64,000 nt of DNA, from the IMG/VR virus record IMGVR_UViG_3300022562_000399, one strand, 5' to 3'. Origin of the DNA: a virus (Duplodnaviria; Heunggongvirae; Uroviricota; Caudoviricetes). The stretch's first letter is position 1. Each line of letters opens with the position of its first letter. The notes below the pieces were generated by a model, which was given only the letters and a program-made list of their open reading frames with translations, was not told the origin of the DNA and did not search any database. This document shows positions 24,035-33,404 of this stretch, piece by piece. Both the position numbers and the translations under genes were made by a program.

Positions 24035-24064
24035 TGGTAAGGCCAACGCCATACCTTTGTCAAG
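24035..24064 (-). promoter_or_regulatory. Promoter: TTGACA-N17/18-TTACCA
   Basis: Immediately downstream of the terminator at 24084-24113. Confidence 0.45.
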
Positions 24065-24083
24065 AGCTACTACGCACAGGCAC

Positions 24084-24113
24084 AAAAAAAGGGCGACCCC
24101 ACCAGAGGGCCGC
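24084..24113 (-). terminator. Rho-independent terminator
   Basis: Minus strand reads AAGGGCGgccctctggtggggtCGCCCTT followed by TTTTTTT. Lies just after the stop of gene 24152..24556 and before the promoter at 24035-24064. Confidence 0.6.
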
Positions 24114-24151
24114 CCTTCGTGATACCTCGACTGGCCGGTCCATCGTAGCCG

Positions 24152-24556
24152 TCAGAAGTACCCACTACTCGCGTCGCTGGTCTTGTGCTTGCCGGTACTG
24201 TACACGCAGGTCAGCGCCGCTGGGGTGTCCAGCTTCACCGCCACTCGCGCGATGGCCAGGCAATCCGACGCCGTGGCTCGCTCGTCTCCGGTCACGTCGG
24301 CGCAGGTCTCGATCAGAGGGAAGTCGCGATTGTCGGTGCAGTAGTCCGTGCAGTTGGGGCCCCCGATCAGGGACGCCTCCCGCATACACGCGAGGATGTC
24401 CGACGCGCCGATCTGCCCGTCGGCGTTCAGGTCTCCACAGTTCAGTGTGCCACATCGTTCGTGGGACGCGCTCGCGTACGCGGGCGCAATCGTCAACAGC
24501 AGCCCAAGTGCCAGGGCCGCTATGGTTGCCAGGACAAAGATCGGTTTGGTGCTCAT
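24152..24556 (-). CDS. Secreted small protein with two dockerin-like (EF-hand Ca-binding) repeats
   Basis: Signal peptide MSTKPIFVLATIAALALGLLLTIAPAYASA. Repeats CGDLNADGQIGASDILAC and CADVTGDERATASDCLAIARVAV. ATG with AAGGAG RBS. Confidence 0.5.
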   Translation of the reverse strand: MSTKPIFVLATIAALALGLLLTIAPAYASASHERCGTLNCGDLNADGQIGASDILACMREASLIGGPNCTDYCTDNRDFPLIETCADVTGDERATASDCLAIARVAVKLDTPAALTCVYSTGKHKTSDASSGYF

Positions 24557-24636
24557 GGTCGTGTCTCCTTCTGTGAACAGAATTGCATTTTCGTGCTTAC
24601 CCCCAGCGTAGCATATCCCCACATGTGAGTCAACCG

Positions 24637-26547
24637 TTAGCGAACAACCTGGAGCCTGGCCTCTCCGGGAGTCCCGTGGCCCCTCTCCTCTTGCTGGTAG
24701 TTGGACGCCTTCTTGGCCTCTGCTCTCTTGGTCAACCACTCCGGGATCTTCGACGTGGGGATGCCAGCACGGCGCCAGATCTCCCTCTGCATGTGCAGGC
24801 CGAAGCACACCCCAGCCAAGGCATCAGCGCAGTCCTTCGAGCCGTGGGGTGGGTGGTCGATCATGCCCTTCTTCGGCTCGCGCTCCAGCATCACCAACTC
24901 CTTCAAGACGAACTCGTGCTTGGGGGCGATGATGCGACCGTCGTAGAACGCTTGCTTGGTGACCTCGTAACCGTCGGTGGTCTTGTCCAGGGACACGGTG
25001 CCCACGCGGAAGCCTTGGGCCTTCAACATCTGCATGGAGTCCTTGCTCTGGTAGGTATCGAAGGACACCCACCGGATGTCCACGAACTCACGGACTCCGT
25101 ACAACACGCGCCGGATGTTCTCGAACTGGATCTCGCCGGACGGAGGTGGCTTCACCTGGAGGATGAAGTCGTACTGGATGATCGGCAGGATCTCCACCGC
25201 CTGGTCTCTCCGGACGTTCATCCACCCAGCCACGTGGCCCATGGCGACGCCCGCAGAGTCAGACGACACGGCCAGGTCGATGTGCACGTAGCGCGGCGCC
25301 TGGGGGTTGCAGATCTTGCCGGTCAGCAGTTGCAATTGTGTGCGCTCGAAGTCCACGTCCTCCCTGCTCAGTATCGACTCGACCTTGCCGAAGGAGTCGG
25401 CCACCTTGTCGGTGTTCATCATGAACGGGTGCATCGACTGCGTGGCCACGCCACCGATGTCGCGCAGAGCGTTCAGCAGATCGTTCTCGAACTGGTGGTA
25501 GAACTCAATGGGGACCGACAGCACCATGTCTGGGTTGCTCTCGGTGTCGTCGTCTTTCAGGATGCGAGGCTTGCGGTTCTCGTTGCCGATGAAGACGTGG
25601 AAGCGTTGCGTGCCGAAGGCATCCGGCTTCACATCCCACAGCCTCTTGTTGTACACGAAGATGCGGGCACCTGGCTTGTGTGCTTCTGCGATCTTCTGGT
25701 CCGTGAACTGGCCGGGGTAGTTGGCCGAAGACACCAGGCACAGCATCCCTGGCATGTTGCCCTTGTCCATGAACCTCGACTCTCGGCGCCGTGCGATGGA
25801 GTTGTAGAGCGCCTTGGCTTGGTCGAACTCGTTGTTTTCCCCGCGTGCCTTCTTCGAGTCCTTGACGATGGCCATGAAGTTCATCTCGTCCAGGATGCCC
25901 CCGATCACGTTCTGGCCGATGGCGCCCGTGGCGTCGCCAGACACAGGCTTGACGACGATGCGGTTGGGGAAGCGTAGCTCCGACGTTATGGTGGGGTCGT
26001 AGATGAAGTTCTTCTGGAACCATTGGCAGCGGTCGATGATCGCCTTGAATCGCGTGTAATCAACCGCCTTCGCGAGCGATGCCGAGATGCTTTGGAAGAT
26101 CACCATGATCTCGGAGGTGGGGTCCAGGCCCATCTCGTCGTGCGGGCTCTCCATGCACCCCAGCTTGTATAGCTCGTACGCTTGCGCGTACAGGGCGATG
26201 GTCGTCTTGGCTGTACCGATGCCGCCCGTCAGCACCGCCTCGATGTACTTGCCCGACGTGATCTCCTCGATGGCCTCCATGACGGCTGGCCAGATCGCGC
26301 CCTTCTGGTGCAAGAACACGTCCGACTCGATGAACTCTCGCGGGTGCACAGGCTCGCACCTGTAGACCGGCTGGTGGATGGCGTTGGCCCACAGGTTCCC
26401 CAGTCTCTCGATGGCTTCGAGGCGACTACAGTTGGCGACCTCGTCGGGCCATGGGCAGAGGTTGTCTCGGTAGTAGGACCAATCCTCGTCACTCAGGATC
26501 TTGAGGGCGTCCAGTTCTTTAGGCGTCGGTACTCTCACCGCTATCAA
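24637..26547 (-). CDS. Terminase large subunit
   Basis: Walker A VLTGGIGTAKTT and Walker B ILDEMNFM. C-terminal RNase-H-like nuclease region (HIDLAVSSDSAGVAMGH). Confidence 0.9.
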   Translation of the reverse strand: MIAVRVPTPKELDALKILSDEDWSYYRDNLCPWPDEVANCSRLEAIERLGNLWANAIHQPVYRCEPVHPREFIESDVFLHQKGAIWPAVMEAIEEITSGKYIEAVLTGGIGTAKTTIALYAQAYELYKLGCMESPHDEMGLDPTSEIMVIFQSISASLAKAVDYTRFKAIIDRCQWFQKNFIYDPTITSELRFPNRIVVKPVSGDATGAIGQNVIGGILDEMNFMAIVKDSKKARGENNEFDQAKALYNSIARRRESRFMDKGNMPGMLCLVSSANYPGQFTDQKIAEAHKPGARIFVYNKRLWDVKPDAFGTQRFHVFIGNENRKPRILKDDDTESNPDMVLSVPIEFYHQFENDLLNALRDIGGVATQSMHPFMMNTDKVADSFGKVESILSREDVDFERTQLQLLTGKICNPQAPRYVHIDLAVSSDSAGVAMGHVAGWMNVRRDQAVEILPIIQYDFILQVKPPPSGEIQFENIRRVLYGVREFVDIRWVSFDTYQSKDSMQMLKAQGFRVGTVSLDKTTDGYEVTKQAFYDGRIIAPKHEFVLKELVMLEREPKKGMIDHPPHGSKDCADALAGVCFGLHMQREIWRRAGIPTSKIPEWLTKRAEAKKASNYQQEERGHGTPGEARLQVVR

Positions 26548-27211
26548 CCACCGTGAACTCCGCGTCCACAGGGGCCTCCTCTTTGGGCACGTCCGGCTTC
26601 GGGCAGCCGCTCGCGATCCACTCCAACAGGTTGGTGCCCACCTCTGTCAACTTCTCGCGCTCGGTCTTGCGGTCGCGGCTGTCACTCTCGCGCAGGTTCA
26701 GGACGAACTCCTTGGTCAGCCCCGCGCCACGCGCTTCGATGTCCACGCCCAGCTTGACCAACTCCGTGGCTTCCTTCACCGTCAACTCTCCGGGGTCGAT
26801 CATGTCCAGGCGCGCAATGCCCAGACTCGCGCACAGGCGCCCGATGGAGACTTGCCTCCGTCGGATCTCGACCTCGTCGAGCACGGCCGAATCCATGAGC
26901 ACAGTCAACGCTTGCTCGTTGCGTTCGACCACGGCCGCTTCATACATTTCGACCCACCGATCCGCAGAGGCTCTGGCGCGCACGGTCGTCAGGGGCAGAC
27001 CCCACTTCTTTGCCATCTCGGCGTAGGTGGGCCGCTTGCCTGCCACCAAGCCCGTCGCGATGAAGTCACGACAGATCAGCGCCCAGTCGTATTTGCGGGG
27101 GCGCCCGTGCAGGGCCACCGTCACCGCGTCCTTGGTCAGGACTTCCTTCTTTAGCTCCGCGTACGACTTCTTCTTGGTCGGACCCTTCTTCTTTTTCTTC
27201 TTCGCTGCCAT
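26519..27211 (-). CDS. Terminase small subunit (putative)
   Basis: Lys-rich N-terminus and HTH-like region. Immediately upstream of and overlapping TerL. Confidence 0.55.
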   Translation of the reverse strand: MAAKKKKKKGPTKKKSYAELKKEVLTKDAVTVALHGRPRKYDWALICRDFIATGLVAGKRPTYAEMAKKWGLPLTTVRARASADRWVEMYEAAVVERNEQALTVLMDSAVLDEVEIRRRQVSIGRLCASLGIARLDMIDPGELTVKEATELVKLGVDIEARGAGLTKEFVLNLRESDSRDRKTEREKLTEVGTNLLEWIASGCPKPDVPKEEAPVDAEFTVVDSGESTDA

Positions 27212-27286
27212 CAACCCCTCATGGTAGGTGGTCCGTCGTCAGTGATGAAGATGAACACCGCGATGCAAGCAATTGCAATCAGCCAC

Positions 27287-27433
27287 TTCACTCGAACACC
27301 TCCGGCAGGACGAACTCGCACGTGCAGTGCTCAGGCTCAATGCACGGGTGGGGCAGGTCAGTGGCGAGGCTGAATAGAACACCCAAGACGTAGATAAGGA
27401 CGCCCAACCCCATCATGGTCAGCCCATACTTCA
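27287..27433 (-). CDS. Possible unlisted small TM protein (~48 aa)
   Basis: Hand-translated: MKYGLTMMGLGVLIYVLGVLFSLATDLPHPCIEPEHCTCEFVLPEVFE. Fits the 228-nt gap between the upstream ORF and TerS. Below the ORF-track length cut-off. Confidence 0.3.
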
Positions 27434-27442
27434 TCAGGTCGT

Positions 27443-27787
27443 TCACTGCGGGTTGGTGAGGCGTCCCACGGTATCGTTGAACTGGATCACCGCCTGGTTG
27501 GGGTCGATCAGCAGCTCGGACGAGCCTTCGTAGTAGAGGCCGTAGAGGGTGTCACGATTGATCTTCGACACCTCGATCCTGCTGCACCTATCCGGCGCGA
27601 CGAACTCAGTACCGCTCCACACCTCACGCCGAAGTTCCACCGTGGTCTTCTCTTCGCTCACCTCGCACATGCCTCCCTCACAGGTAATCGTGGGGGGACG
27701 CACGTCCACCTTCGAGATCGTCCAGCCGTCGGGGGGAAGATACACTTGTCCCAGCAACAACGTACACGTCACCAATACCTCGATCAT
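27443..27787 (-). CDS. Small secreted or membrane protein
   Basis: Hydrophobic N-terminus. Confidence 0.3.
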   Translation of the reverse strand: MIEVLVTCTLLLGQVYLPPDGWTISKVDVRPPTITCEGGMCEVSEEKTTVELRREVWSGTEFVAPDRCSRIEVSKINRDTLYGLYYEGSSELLIDPNQAVIQFNDTVGRLTNPQ

Positions 27788-28050
27788 TCCTGGCCTCCTG
27801 TTAGCCCTACCTTCAAGGTGGGCTCGTTATTCTCGTCCGTGAACTCCAACTCCGGCTTCGGCACCAGCAACCGGGCCACCTCGTCTTCGAGGGCCGCACC
27901 CAGTGGCATCTTGCACCGAAGGAGCACGCCCCCCACGTCGAAGTTCTGCACCGTGCACCGCTCCGTCAAGATCAGCTTGGGGTGCATCGAGTCAGGCCGC
28001 ATCATAGTGCAGCCAGCCAACAGCAACAGCGCGAGGGGCAGTATCTTCAC
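27784..28050 (-). CDS. Lipoprotein
   Basis: GTG start with AAGGAG RBS. Lipobox LLLLAGC. GTGA overlap with the upstream gene. Confidence 0.45.
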   Translation of the reverse strand: MKILPLALLLLAGCTMMRPDSMHPKLILTERCTVQNFDVGGVLLRCKMPLGAALEDEVARLLVPKPELEFTDENNEPTLKVGLTGGQE

Positions 28051-28670
28051 TTCTTCCAAGTCTCCTTGATCCGCTGCGCCGCCTTGCCTGGTGACGGTCG
28101 GTCGTCTTTCAGCATCCCGATCTGCTGGGAGTCCATGAGGATCAGCAGACACGCAGCCGCGTGGGCCAGGTGGTGCACGTCTGAGTCCTCCGCGTTCTCT
28201 TCCCGCGAGTCGAACCATGCGTCGATGTGCCTCTTGGTTGCCGACACGTAGATGCTGCCCTGCACCCCGATCTCCCGCCAGTTGTAGGGGCCGTACTTGC
28301 TCGCGCCGTTGCGCATAGCTTCGGCCACGTCCACCATGGGGCCAGCCGGGATCAGGTGCATGGGGGCCTTGCCCATGCCGATCAAGTCCTTCGGGTTGAC
28401 GCCCTCGGGGTTGCTCTGCTTGCGGTCTGTCTCGCCTTGGTACAGGGGCCGCTCACCTGGCTGCGGCACCACGTAGGTGCGAGGCTCGCCGGGCCGCTTG
28501 GCCAACGACTCCAGCGCACGCTGGGCCGATGCCGCCGATGGGAATAGCTCACACAGTCGTTCGCCCAACCGCGTAACGTAGTCCGCTTGCTGTTGCTCTT
28601 CTGCCGTCGTTGGAGCGTCGTGATTTTCCACCACCCGCAGCCCCGTGCCGTCTATCATCTCTCCCGCCAT
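28047..28670 (-). CDS. MazG-like / dATP-dGTP diphosphohydrolase-like protein (tentative)
   Basis: Motifs KYGPYNWRE, RHIDAWF and HLAHAAACLLILMD resemble the phage dGTP_diPhyd N-terminal domain. Confidence 0.35.
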   Translation of the reverse strand: MAGEMIDGTGLRVVENHDAPTTAEEQQQADYVTRLGERLCELFPSAASAQRALESLAKRPGEPRTYVVPQPGERPLYQGETDRKQSNPEGVNPKDLIGMGKAPMHLIPAGPMVDVAEAMRNGASKYGPYNWREIGVQGSIYVSATKRHIDAWFDSREENAEDSDVHHLAHAAACLLILMDSQQIGMLKDDRPSPGKAAQRIKETWKK

Positions 28671-28900
28671 CAGTCATTCTCCTTTACGATCACCGCGTCG
28701 TAGCTGTCCCAGATCAGAGCCGCCTTCGTCAGGGCATCGGATATGGTTTGCTGGCTAGGGTACAGGATGCACGCACCAATGACAACCGCCAACTTCTTGA
28801 GGGGTGACGCTGCTTCCTTCGCCTTGTTGGCTTCGGTCATTGCGTCCACCGCCTTCTGAAAAGGCGAACCAGCCCATCCACCAGGTCCCATCGTGATCTC

Positions 28901-29227
28901 CTACGAGTTGAAGGGCTCGCCTTCGTCCTCTTCCACTATCGCGTCTGCGTCCTCGTTAGCTCGGGGCGGTCGGCACGTGGCCATTGGCCGGGTGGGGACT
29001 TGGTCGCGCCCGTAACGGACCAACTGGTCGTTGAAGTAGTCCCACAGCCACACAGCGTTGGCGATGGCTTCTTGTTGAGTGGCCCCCTCACCTATCAGCC
29101 CGTCTCGGCCGCGCACGATGGCGACCCAGTGTCCGGTGTACTGCGACCACCTCCGCTCCTCTGGCACCCACCGGACCTCCACCTCGCACACCTCCACAGG
29201 AGGGGGCGTGGGGCCCTTCGTTTCCAT
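28901..29227 (-). CDS. Hypothetical protein
   Basis: ORF. Confidence 0.3.
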   Translation of the reverse strand: METKGPTPPPVEVCEVEVRWVPEERRWSQYTGHWVAIVRGRDGLIGEGATQQEAIANAVWLWDYFNDQLVRYGRDQVPTRPMATCRPPRANEDADAIVEEDEGEPFNS

Positions 29228-29239
29228 GCTTCAAGTCTA

Positions 29240-29473
29240 TCACTCCGTGGGCTCGACCAAGTCACCTTCTCCCACCACCTGGATCGTTTCGTCGCTTTTG
29301 CCCAGGAACGGGTTGAAGACTTCGAGGTGGTCCACGATCAGAGCCACGTAGCCCCACCCCTTGCACGTGTCGCACTGGGTGTAGACCACGACCGCCGTGT
29401 TGGTGGGGTCGGTGTTGGGAACCACGCGGGCTCCCGCGCACTCCGGGCACAGAACTGCTTGTCGTCCACTCAT
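29240..29473 (-). CDS. Zinc-ribbon protein
   Basis: CPEC ... CDTC pattern. Confidence 0.35.
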   Translation of the reverse strand: MSGRQAVLCPECAGARVVPNTDPTNTAVVVYTQCDTCKGWGYVALIVDHLEVFNPFLGKSDETIQVVGEGDLVEPTE

Positions 29474-29495
29474 GCCTTCATCTTCTCCTTTGTGC

Positions 29496-30035
29496 TCATG
29501 GGCCCAGCAACCGGAAGCGGTCCGGATCGTCCAACATGGACAGCAGGGCCTCGACGTTGCCCTTGGCGTCGTTGACCGGGTTGTGGTCGTGCTTGGTCCG
29601 ACGTAGCTTCTTCCACTTCGACTGATTGTTCCAGTCGTCCGTCAGGCCCGCGTAGAAGTCCCCGATGCGACGAGCCGAGTGGCCGAAGGGGTTGGTACGA
29701 CAGTGGAGCCAGAACCCGTTGTTGATCCACTGCCAATCGTAGGCCGGGTTGTCCGACACGAAGACCGGGCGATGGGTCGGAGGGGTCAGCCCCCTAATCC
29801 ACAGACGGAAGTCCTCGAAGACCTCCGCCTCGCGCATGGGGTTGTGCTCCTCGTCCGGCACCGGGACGGCCGGGTTCTGAGGATCGGGGTGGCACTTCAC
29901 GATCTGGCCATGAAAGGTCCAGCCGGTCATGAGGTGCACGGCGCCGAACTCCGTCAAGAAGCCTATGGAGGGGCAGGGCCCGACCGCCTCGCAGTCCACC
30001 ACGAAGAGGCCGGGCTGTTCCACCGGCTTCCTCAC
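29496..30035 (-). CDS. DEDDh 3'-5' exonuclease (DnaQ/RNase T-like)
   Basis: Exo I motif FVVDCEAVG and Exo III motif HDHNPVNDAKGNVEAL. GTG start in a GTGA overlap with the upstream stop. The first ~150 aa of the listed ORF is a junk extension. Confidence 0.5.
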   Translation of the reverse strand: MRKPVEQPGLFVVDCEAVGPCPSIGFLTEFGAVHLMTGWTFHGQIVKCHPDPQNPAVPVPDEEHNPMREAEVFEDFRLWIRGLTPPTHRPVFVSDNPAYDWQWINNGFWLHCRTNPFGHSARRIGDFYAGLTDDWNNQSKWKKLRRTKHDHNPVNDAKGNVEALLSMLDDPDRFRLLGP

Positions 30036-30352
30036 GAGGGCTGGTCCTCGATGTCTTCGATGATGTAGTCGTCTCCCCTGGCGATCCTGATGCCGAAGTG
30101 GTCGGTCACCAACTTCAACATCTGGGCGTGGAAGGCGTCCACAGACCGGATGCGGTCGCGCAGATCGTAGCGGGCTTGGAGAAGGTCGCGTTGCTCGTCC
30201 CGCAGGTAGGAGATGTCCGTCTCCTTGCAGGTGACCCGGTGCTCTAGGTTGCGCAGCCTCTTGGGGGTGAAGACATACACCTCCAATCCAAGAAGCGCCA
30301 CCATGGCAAGCAAAATCAACAAGACCCCAGTCACGAACTCTCCCCATTCCAT
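30032..30352 (-). CDS. Small TM protein
   Basis: MEWGEFVTGVLLILLAMVALLGL... Confidence 0.35.
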   Translation of the reverse strand: MEWGEFVTGVLLILLAMVALLGLEVYVFTPKRLRNLEHRVTCKETDISYLRDEQRDLLQARYDLRDRIRSVDAFHAQMLKLVTDHFGIRIARGDDYIIEDIEDQPS

Positions 30353-30354
30353 CC

Positions 30355-30660
30355 CTAGTCCTCCTTGGGGTTGGTGTCGAACCTCCCCGCGTCCATCTCT
30401 TCTCGCACGTAGTTGTAGTCGGAGTCCACCCGTGCTTCCGTTCCGACCTTGGGACCAGCCTCGTTGCTGCCCCAGTGCTCGATGGCATCGGCCACTTGCG
30501 TGAACGTGACGCCAGCCACCCGCCCCACCACTGGGGTCAGGATATGCCGCGCTCGTCCCTTGCAGCGCAGGCACTTCTTCGTCTTCGGTCTCTTGTCGAA
30601 GGGGGCGTCCACGTCCTGGGTCGCGTGGCACTTCGGACACTGGTAGGTGTAGCGTGGCAT
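30355..30660 (-). CDS. Zinc-ribbon protein
   Basis: CPKC ... CLRC pattern. Confidence 0.35.
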   Translation of the reverse strand: MPRYTYQCPKCHATQDVDAPFDKRPKTKKCLRCKGRARHILTPVVGRVAGVTFTQVADAIEHWGSNEAGPKVGTEARVDSDYNYVREEMDAGRFDTNPKED

Positions 30661-30830
30661 CAGTCCGTCTTCTCCTTCGGTAGGAACCGGACGATGTTAT
30701 CCTCGCCGACTACGCGAACACCACGCTTGTGGTTGGGTCGCTGTTGCTGGGGGATGGTGATGGGCTTCTTCGCAACCATTTTGCGTAGCTTGCGTCGGCG
30801 CCCGCTCTTGAGTCGTTGGGGTGATGCCAT
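30660..30830 (-). CDS. Small basic protein (56 aa)
   Basis: ATG 10 nt after the -10 of the promoter at 30841-30870. Arg/Lys-rich. Confidence 0.3.
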   Translation of the reverse strand: MASPQRLKSGRRRKLRKMVAKKPITIPQQQRPNHKRGVRVVGEDNIVRFLPKEKTD

Positions 30831-30840
30831 GGTGTCGTCC

Positions 30841-30870
30841 AGTGTACTCCCTTCCGGAGTGTTTGTCAAT
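30841..30870 (-). promoter_or_regulatory. Promoter: TTGACA-N18-TACACT
   Basis: gtaTTGACAaacactccggaagggagTACACTggacgacaccATG. Confidence 0.5.
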
Positions 30871-31129
30871 ACGGATAGAACGCGCCGACCCACATTGCAG
30901 CCAGCACAGCATGGGCCGAGAGCAAGACGCCCATCCCAAGATCGCTGTGCTTTTTGCACACAAGTGCAGCGTAGGTCCCCATGAAGACCCGAACCATGAC
31001 GTAGACGTAGATCGACGTGTGAGCCACGATCCACAGCGGAAGGGGGTTGGCTTCGAGTGCCTTGGGGATCGCGTAGTAGACCGTCAGCAGGGCGTCCAGA
31101 ATCGAGACCAGAACGATGAAGGCGACCAT
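30866..31129 (-). CDS. Membrane protein
   Basis: Multi-TM hydrophobic sequence (MVAFIVLVSILDALLTVYYAIP...). Confidence 0.35.
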   Translation of the reverse strand: MVAFIVLVSILDALLTVYYAIPKALEANPLPLWIVAHTSIYVYVMVRVFMGTYAALVCKKHSDLGMGVLLSAHAVLAAMWVGAFYPY

Positions 31130-31298
31130 CACTTCCTCCGTGGGGCTCTCAGCCCACAGAGCCAGTTTCTCACGCCAACGGTCACGCGCGCAACCAAGAA
31201 AAGAAAAAGGGCGGAGGCCAACCCCAAGAACAGGAGCACCAATAGCCCCCGTACCCAAGGTGCGACCCCCGCCCACATCACACTCAACCAGCCGACGC

Positions 31299-31553
31299 CT
31301 ACTCTACGCCGGGGCCGTTGGTGATCTCGCCGTCGGGCGCCGTCACGAACAGGGTGGCGAGGGTCTGCACGTCCCCGTAGACTTCGTAGCGAGTATTGTG
31401 GCCGGTGATCACCTGGCAGCGATCTCGCACCACGACCTTCTCCCCCGACTCGTTGTACTCACGAAGTTCACGGATGGCCGTGGTCGTTGCCGGGTTGACC
31501 GGCCGCACGACCGGACCGTTGCTCGAATTGACCAAGAGGTTGATCAGTTTCAT
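31299..31553 (-). CDS. Hypothetical protein
   Basis: ORF. Confidence 0.3.
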   Translation of the reverse strand: MKLINLLVNSSNGPVVRPVNPATTTAIRELREYNESGEKVVVRDRCQVITGHNTRYEVYGDVQTLATLFVTAPDGEITNGPGVE

Positions 31554-31565
31554 CTCGTTCTCCTT

Positions 31566-32132
31566 CTACACTTCGGCTTCCACCGGAAGTGGCTGTTGTG
31601 CTCCACCAATCATGCAGTACACTTTGGTCTCGACGTAGTCGGTGAAGTACACCTCCTCGACCTTGACCCCAAACTGGTACAGAGCACTTCGCACCAGCCG
31701 TGTAGCTTCCTTCTCCGCCTCCTCCGCCATCTGCTCCAGGAACTCGTTGAAGGTTCGGTTGATCACGCAGGGCACGATGCCCTTGCGCCCACGGTCGCGG
31801 ATCGTCTCTCCTTCGATGTCGTAGCTGTCCACGAACGCCTTCTTTACATCACAGATCGAGCCCACAATGCTCGCGCTCACCATCACGGTGCGCCCGTCCT
31901 TCGTCGTCAACTTCTGCGGAGGCAGGTCCCACGTCCTCCGTGCGGTCGAGTCCTTGACGATGGTGGTCAGGGCTGGCAGGTAGCACCGAACGCCGGGCTT
32001 GATCTCCTTGACGATCTTGCCGCGCCGGAACCGGACACCACCTTCGTTGGCCTGGCAAATGATCACGCGGGGAATCCAGCTTCCCAGCCATTCGATTATC
32101 TGGCCAACCCATGCGAACGCCGACTCCACTAC
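31566..32132 (-). CDS. SPFH/band-7 (stomatin-prohibitin-like) domain protein
   Basis: GVRFRRGKIVKEIKPGVRCYLPALTTIVKDSTARRTWDLPPQKLTTKDGRTVMVSASIVGSI has an SPFH-like pattern. Start approximate. Confidence 0.4.
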   Translation of the reverse strand, partial: VVESAFAWVGQIIEWLGSWIPRVIICQANEGGVRFRRGKIVKEIKPGVRCYLPALTTIVKDSTARRTWDLPPQKLTTKDGRTVMVSASIVGSICDVKKAFVDSYDIEGETIRDRGRKGIVPCVINRTFNEFLEQMAEEAEKEATRLVRSALYQFGVKVEEVYFTDYVETKVYCMIGGAQQPLPVEAEV

Positions 32133-32512
32133 TACCCCTCCGTCTCGCCTTCCGGCTTCGCATCGTTGGCGTGGCGGGCGAGGACAAATCTGGTATCCGA
32201 AATCGGATAGTCCTTGCTCCCGGAATCCCAGCCGGTAAGCCACCCGTTCAAGCAACCCATCGCCTCCGCCAGCTCGCGCTTGAGGTTGGCGATTTCCTCG
32301 TCCCGAAATTGCGCAGCCGTAGCCTTCCAAATCCCTTGCTGTATGCTCCGCTCGTAGGAATCCGCCCGCTCCTTCTCCCGCGCGTAGGATTCGGCGGCGA
32401 CGCAGACTAGGCGGATTTCTGAAGCCGTTTCCTCATCTTGGCCCATTAGGAAAAATCGAAGATTGTCGATCGCCTTGGCCAACTCGTCTTTCTGGTCGGT
32501 CATGGTTCCCAC
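32132..32512 (-). CDS. Hypothetical protein
   Basis: ORF with GTG start. Confidence 0.3.
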   Translation of the reverse strand: MGTMTDQKDELAKAIDNLRFFLMGQDEETASEIRLVCVAAESYAREKERADSYERSIQQGIWKATAAQFRDEEIANLKRELAEAMGCLNGWLTGWDSGSKDYPISDTRFVLARHANDAKPEGETEG

Positions 32513-32748
32513 CTCTCCTGCTTGCGCAGTTGCCTCTTGGCCTTGCGCAGGTCGCGCTTCGAGATGTAGCGCGGGTCCATCTTCTCCCCGAACTCGATGG
32601 GCTTGGCGAGGTAGGCTGTAGCCCCGAAGCTACAACCCGTGGCGTCTTCGTAGCCACCACTCGTGCCCGCCCAGGTGGAGCAATCCACGTATGGCTGCAC
32701 CGAGCACCCAGACAAGGCCACCACCAGGGCCAACAGCATCCGACCCAT
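32500..32748 (-). CDS. Lipoprotein
   Basis: MGRMLLALVVALSGC lipobox. Confidence 0.4.
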   Translation of the reverse strand: MGRMLLALVVALSGCSVQPYVDCSTWAGTSGGYEDATGCSFGATAYLAKPIEFGEKMDPRYISKRDLRKAKRQLRKQERWEP

Positions 32749-32900
32749 CACTCGTCCAGTGTGGCACGGATCAGCCCCAGAAGCAAGGACCCAATCGCGG
32801 CCAGGCCCGCAACCCCTACGGCTACGCCAGAAGCTAGCCACAGGAGTGCCAGAACTACGGCCACGGTCAGGATGCCCCCTTGGGAGAAGATCCTCCAAGT

Positions 32901-33404
32901 CTACACCAGGTGGCGCCCCAGCACCTTGACGATCACGTCCAGCCCGTCCCCCAGGGTGGGAGCCATGAAGCTGGCCAACTCCGTGATGAAGGGGTGCGTA
33001 GCGTGAGGGCTGTCTGGAGGGCAGACCACCACCATGGGCACCTTGGCCTCATGCGCCACGCCCATCTCGACGAAGGTCCCGATGGAGGGCTTGACCATGT
33101 TGGCCATGTACACCAGCAGCATGTCGCAGCGCCGCACGTCGAACAGGTCACGCCCGACGATGGCCTTGCCACAGGACATGATCTTGTCCTCGTAGCGATG
33201 CCCCAGCGCCTCCTCTTCGCACAGGTACTCCTTGCCGCGCAGAGGTGACACGCAGTCGATCTGGTGCTCTCGAAGTCGCTGGTGCGCCAGCACCCTCCAC
33301 TCCGTTGCCTCTGCCCACGACAGTCCAGTGATGGGCCCCGCCAGATACACGCTCCCGTTGCCCAGGGGAACCGCTCGGTACTTGTTCGCCATGGTGTCCC
33401 CCAT
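32901..33404 (-). CDS. Nucleoside 2-deoxyribosyltransferase-like protein
   Basis: SVYLAGPITG and GTFVEMGVAHEAKVPMVVVC match the Nuc_deoxyrib_tr fold. The N-terminal part of the listed ORF is junk. Confidence 0.5.
   Translation of the reverse strand: MGDTMANKYRAVPLGNGSVYLAGPITGLSWAEATEWRVLAHQRLREHQIDCVSPLRGKEYLCEEEALGHRYEDKIMSCGKAIVGRDLFDVRRCDMLLVYMANMVKPSIGTFVEMGVAHEAKVPMVVVCPPDSPHATHPFITELASFMAPTLGDGLDVIVKVLGRHLV

Noticed and set aside
31130-31298. Possible terminator at ~31190-31215 (CCGCCC followed by a T-rich tract on the minus strand)
   Set aside because: The stem is only 3 bp. No convincing hairpin could be built.
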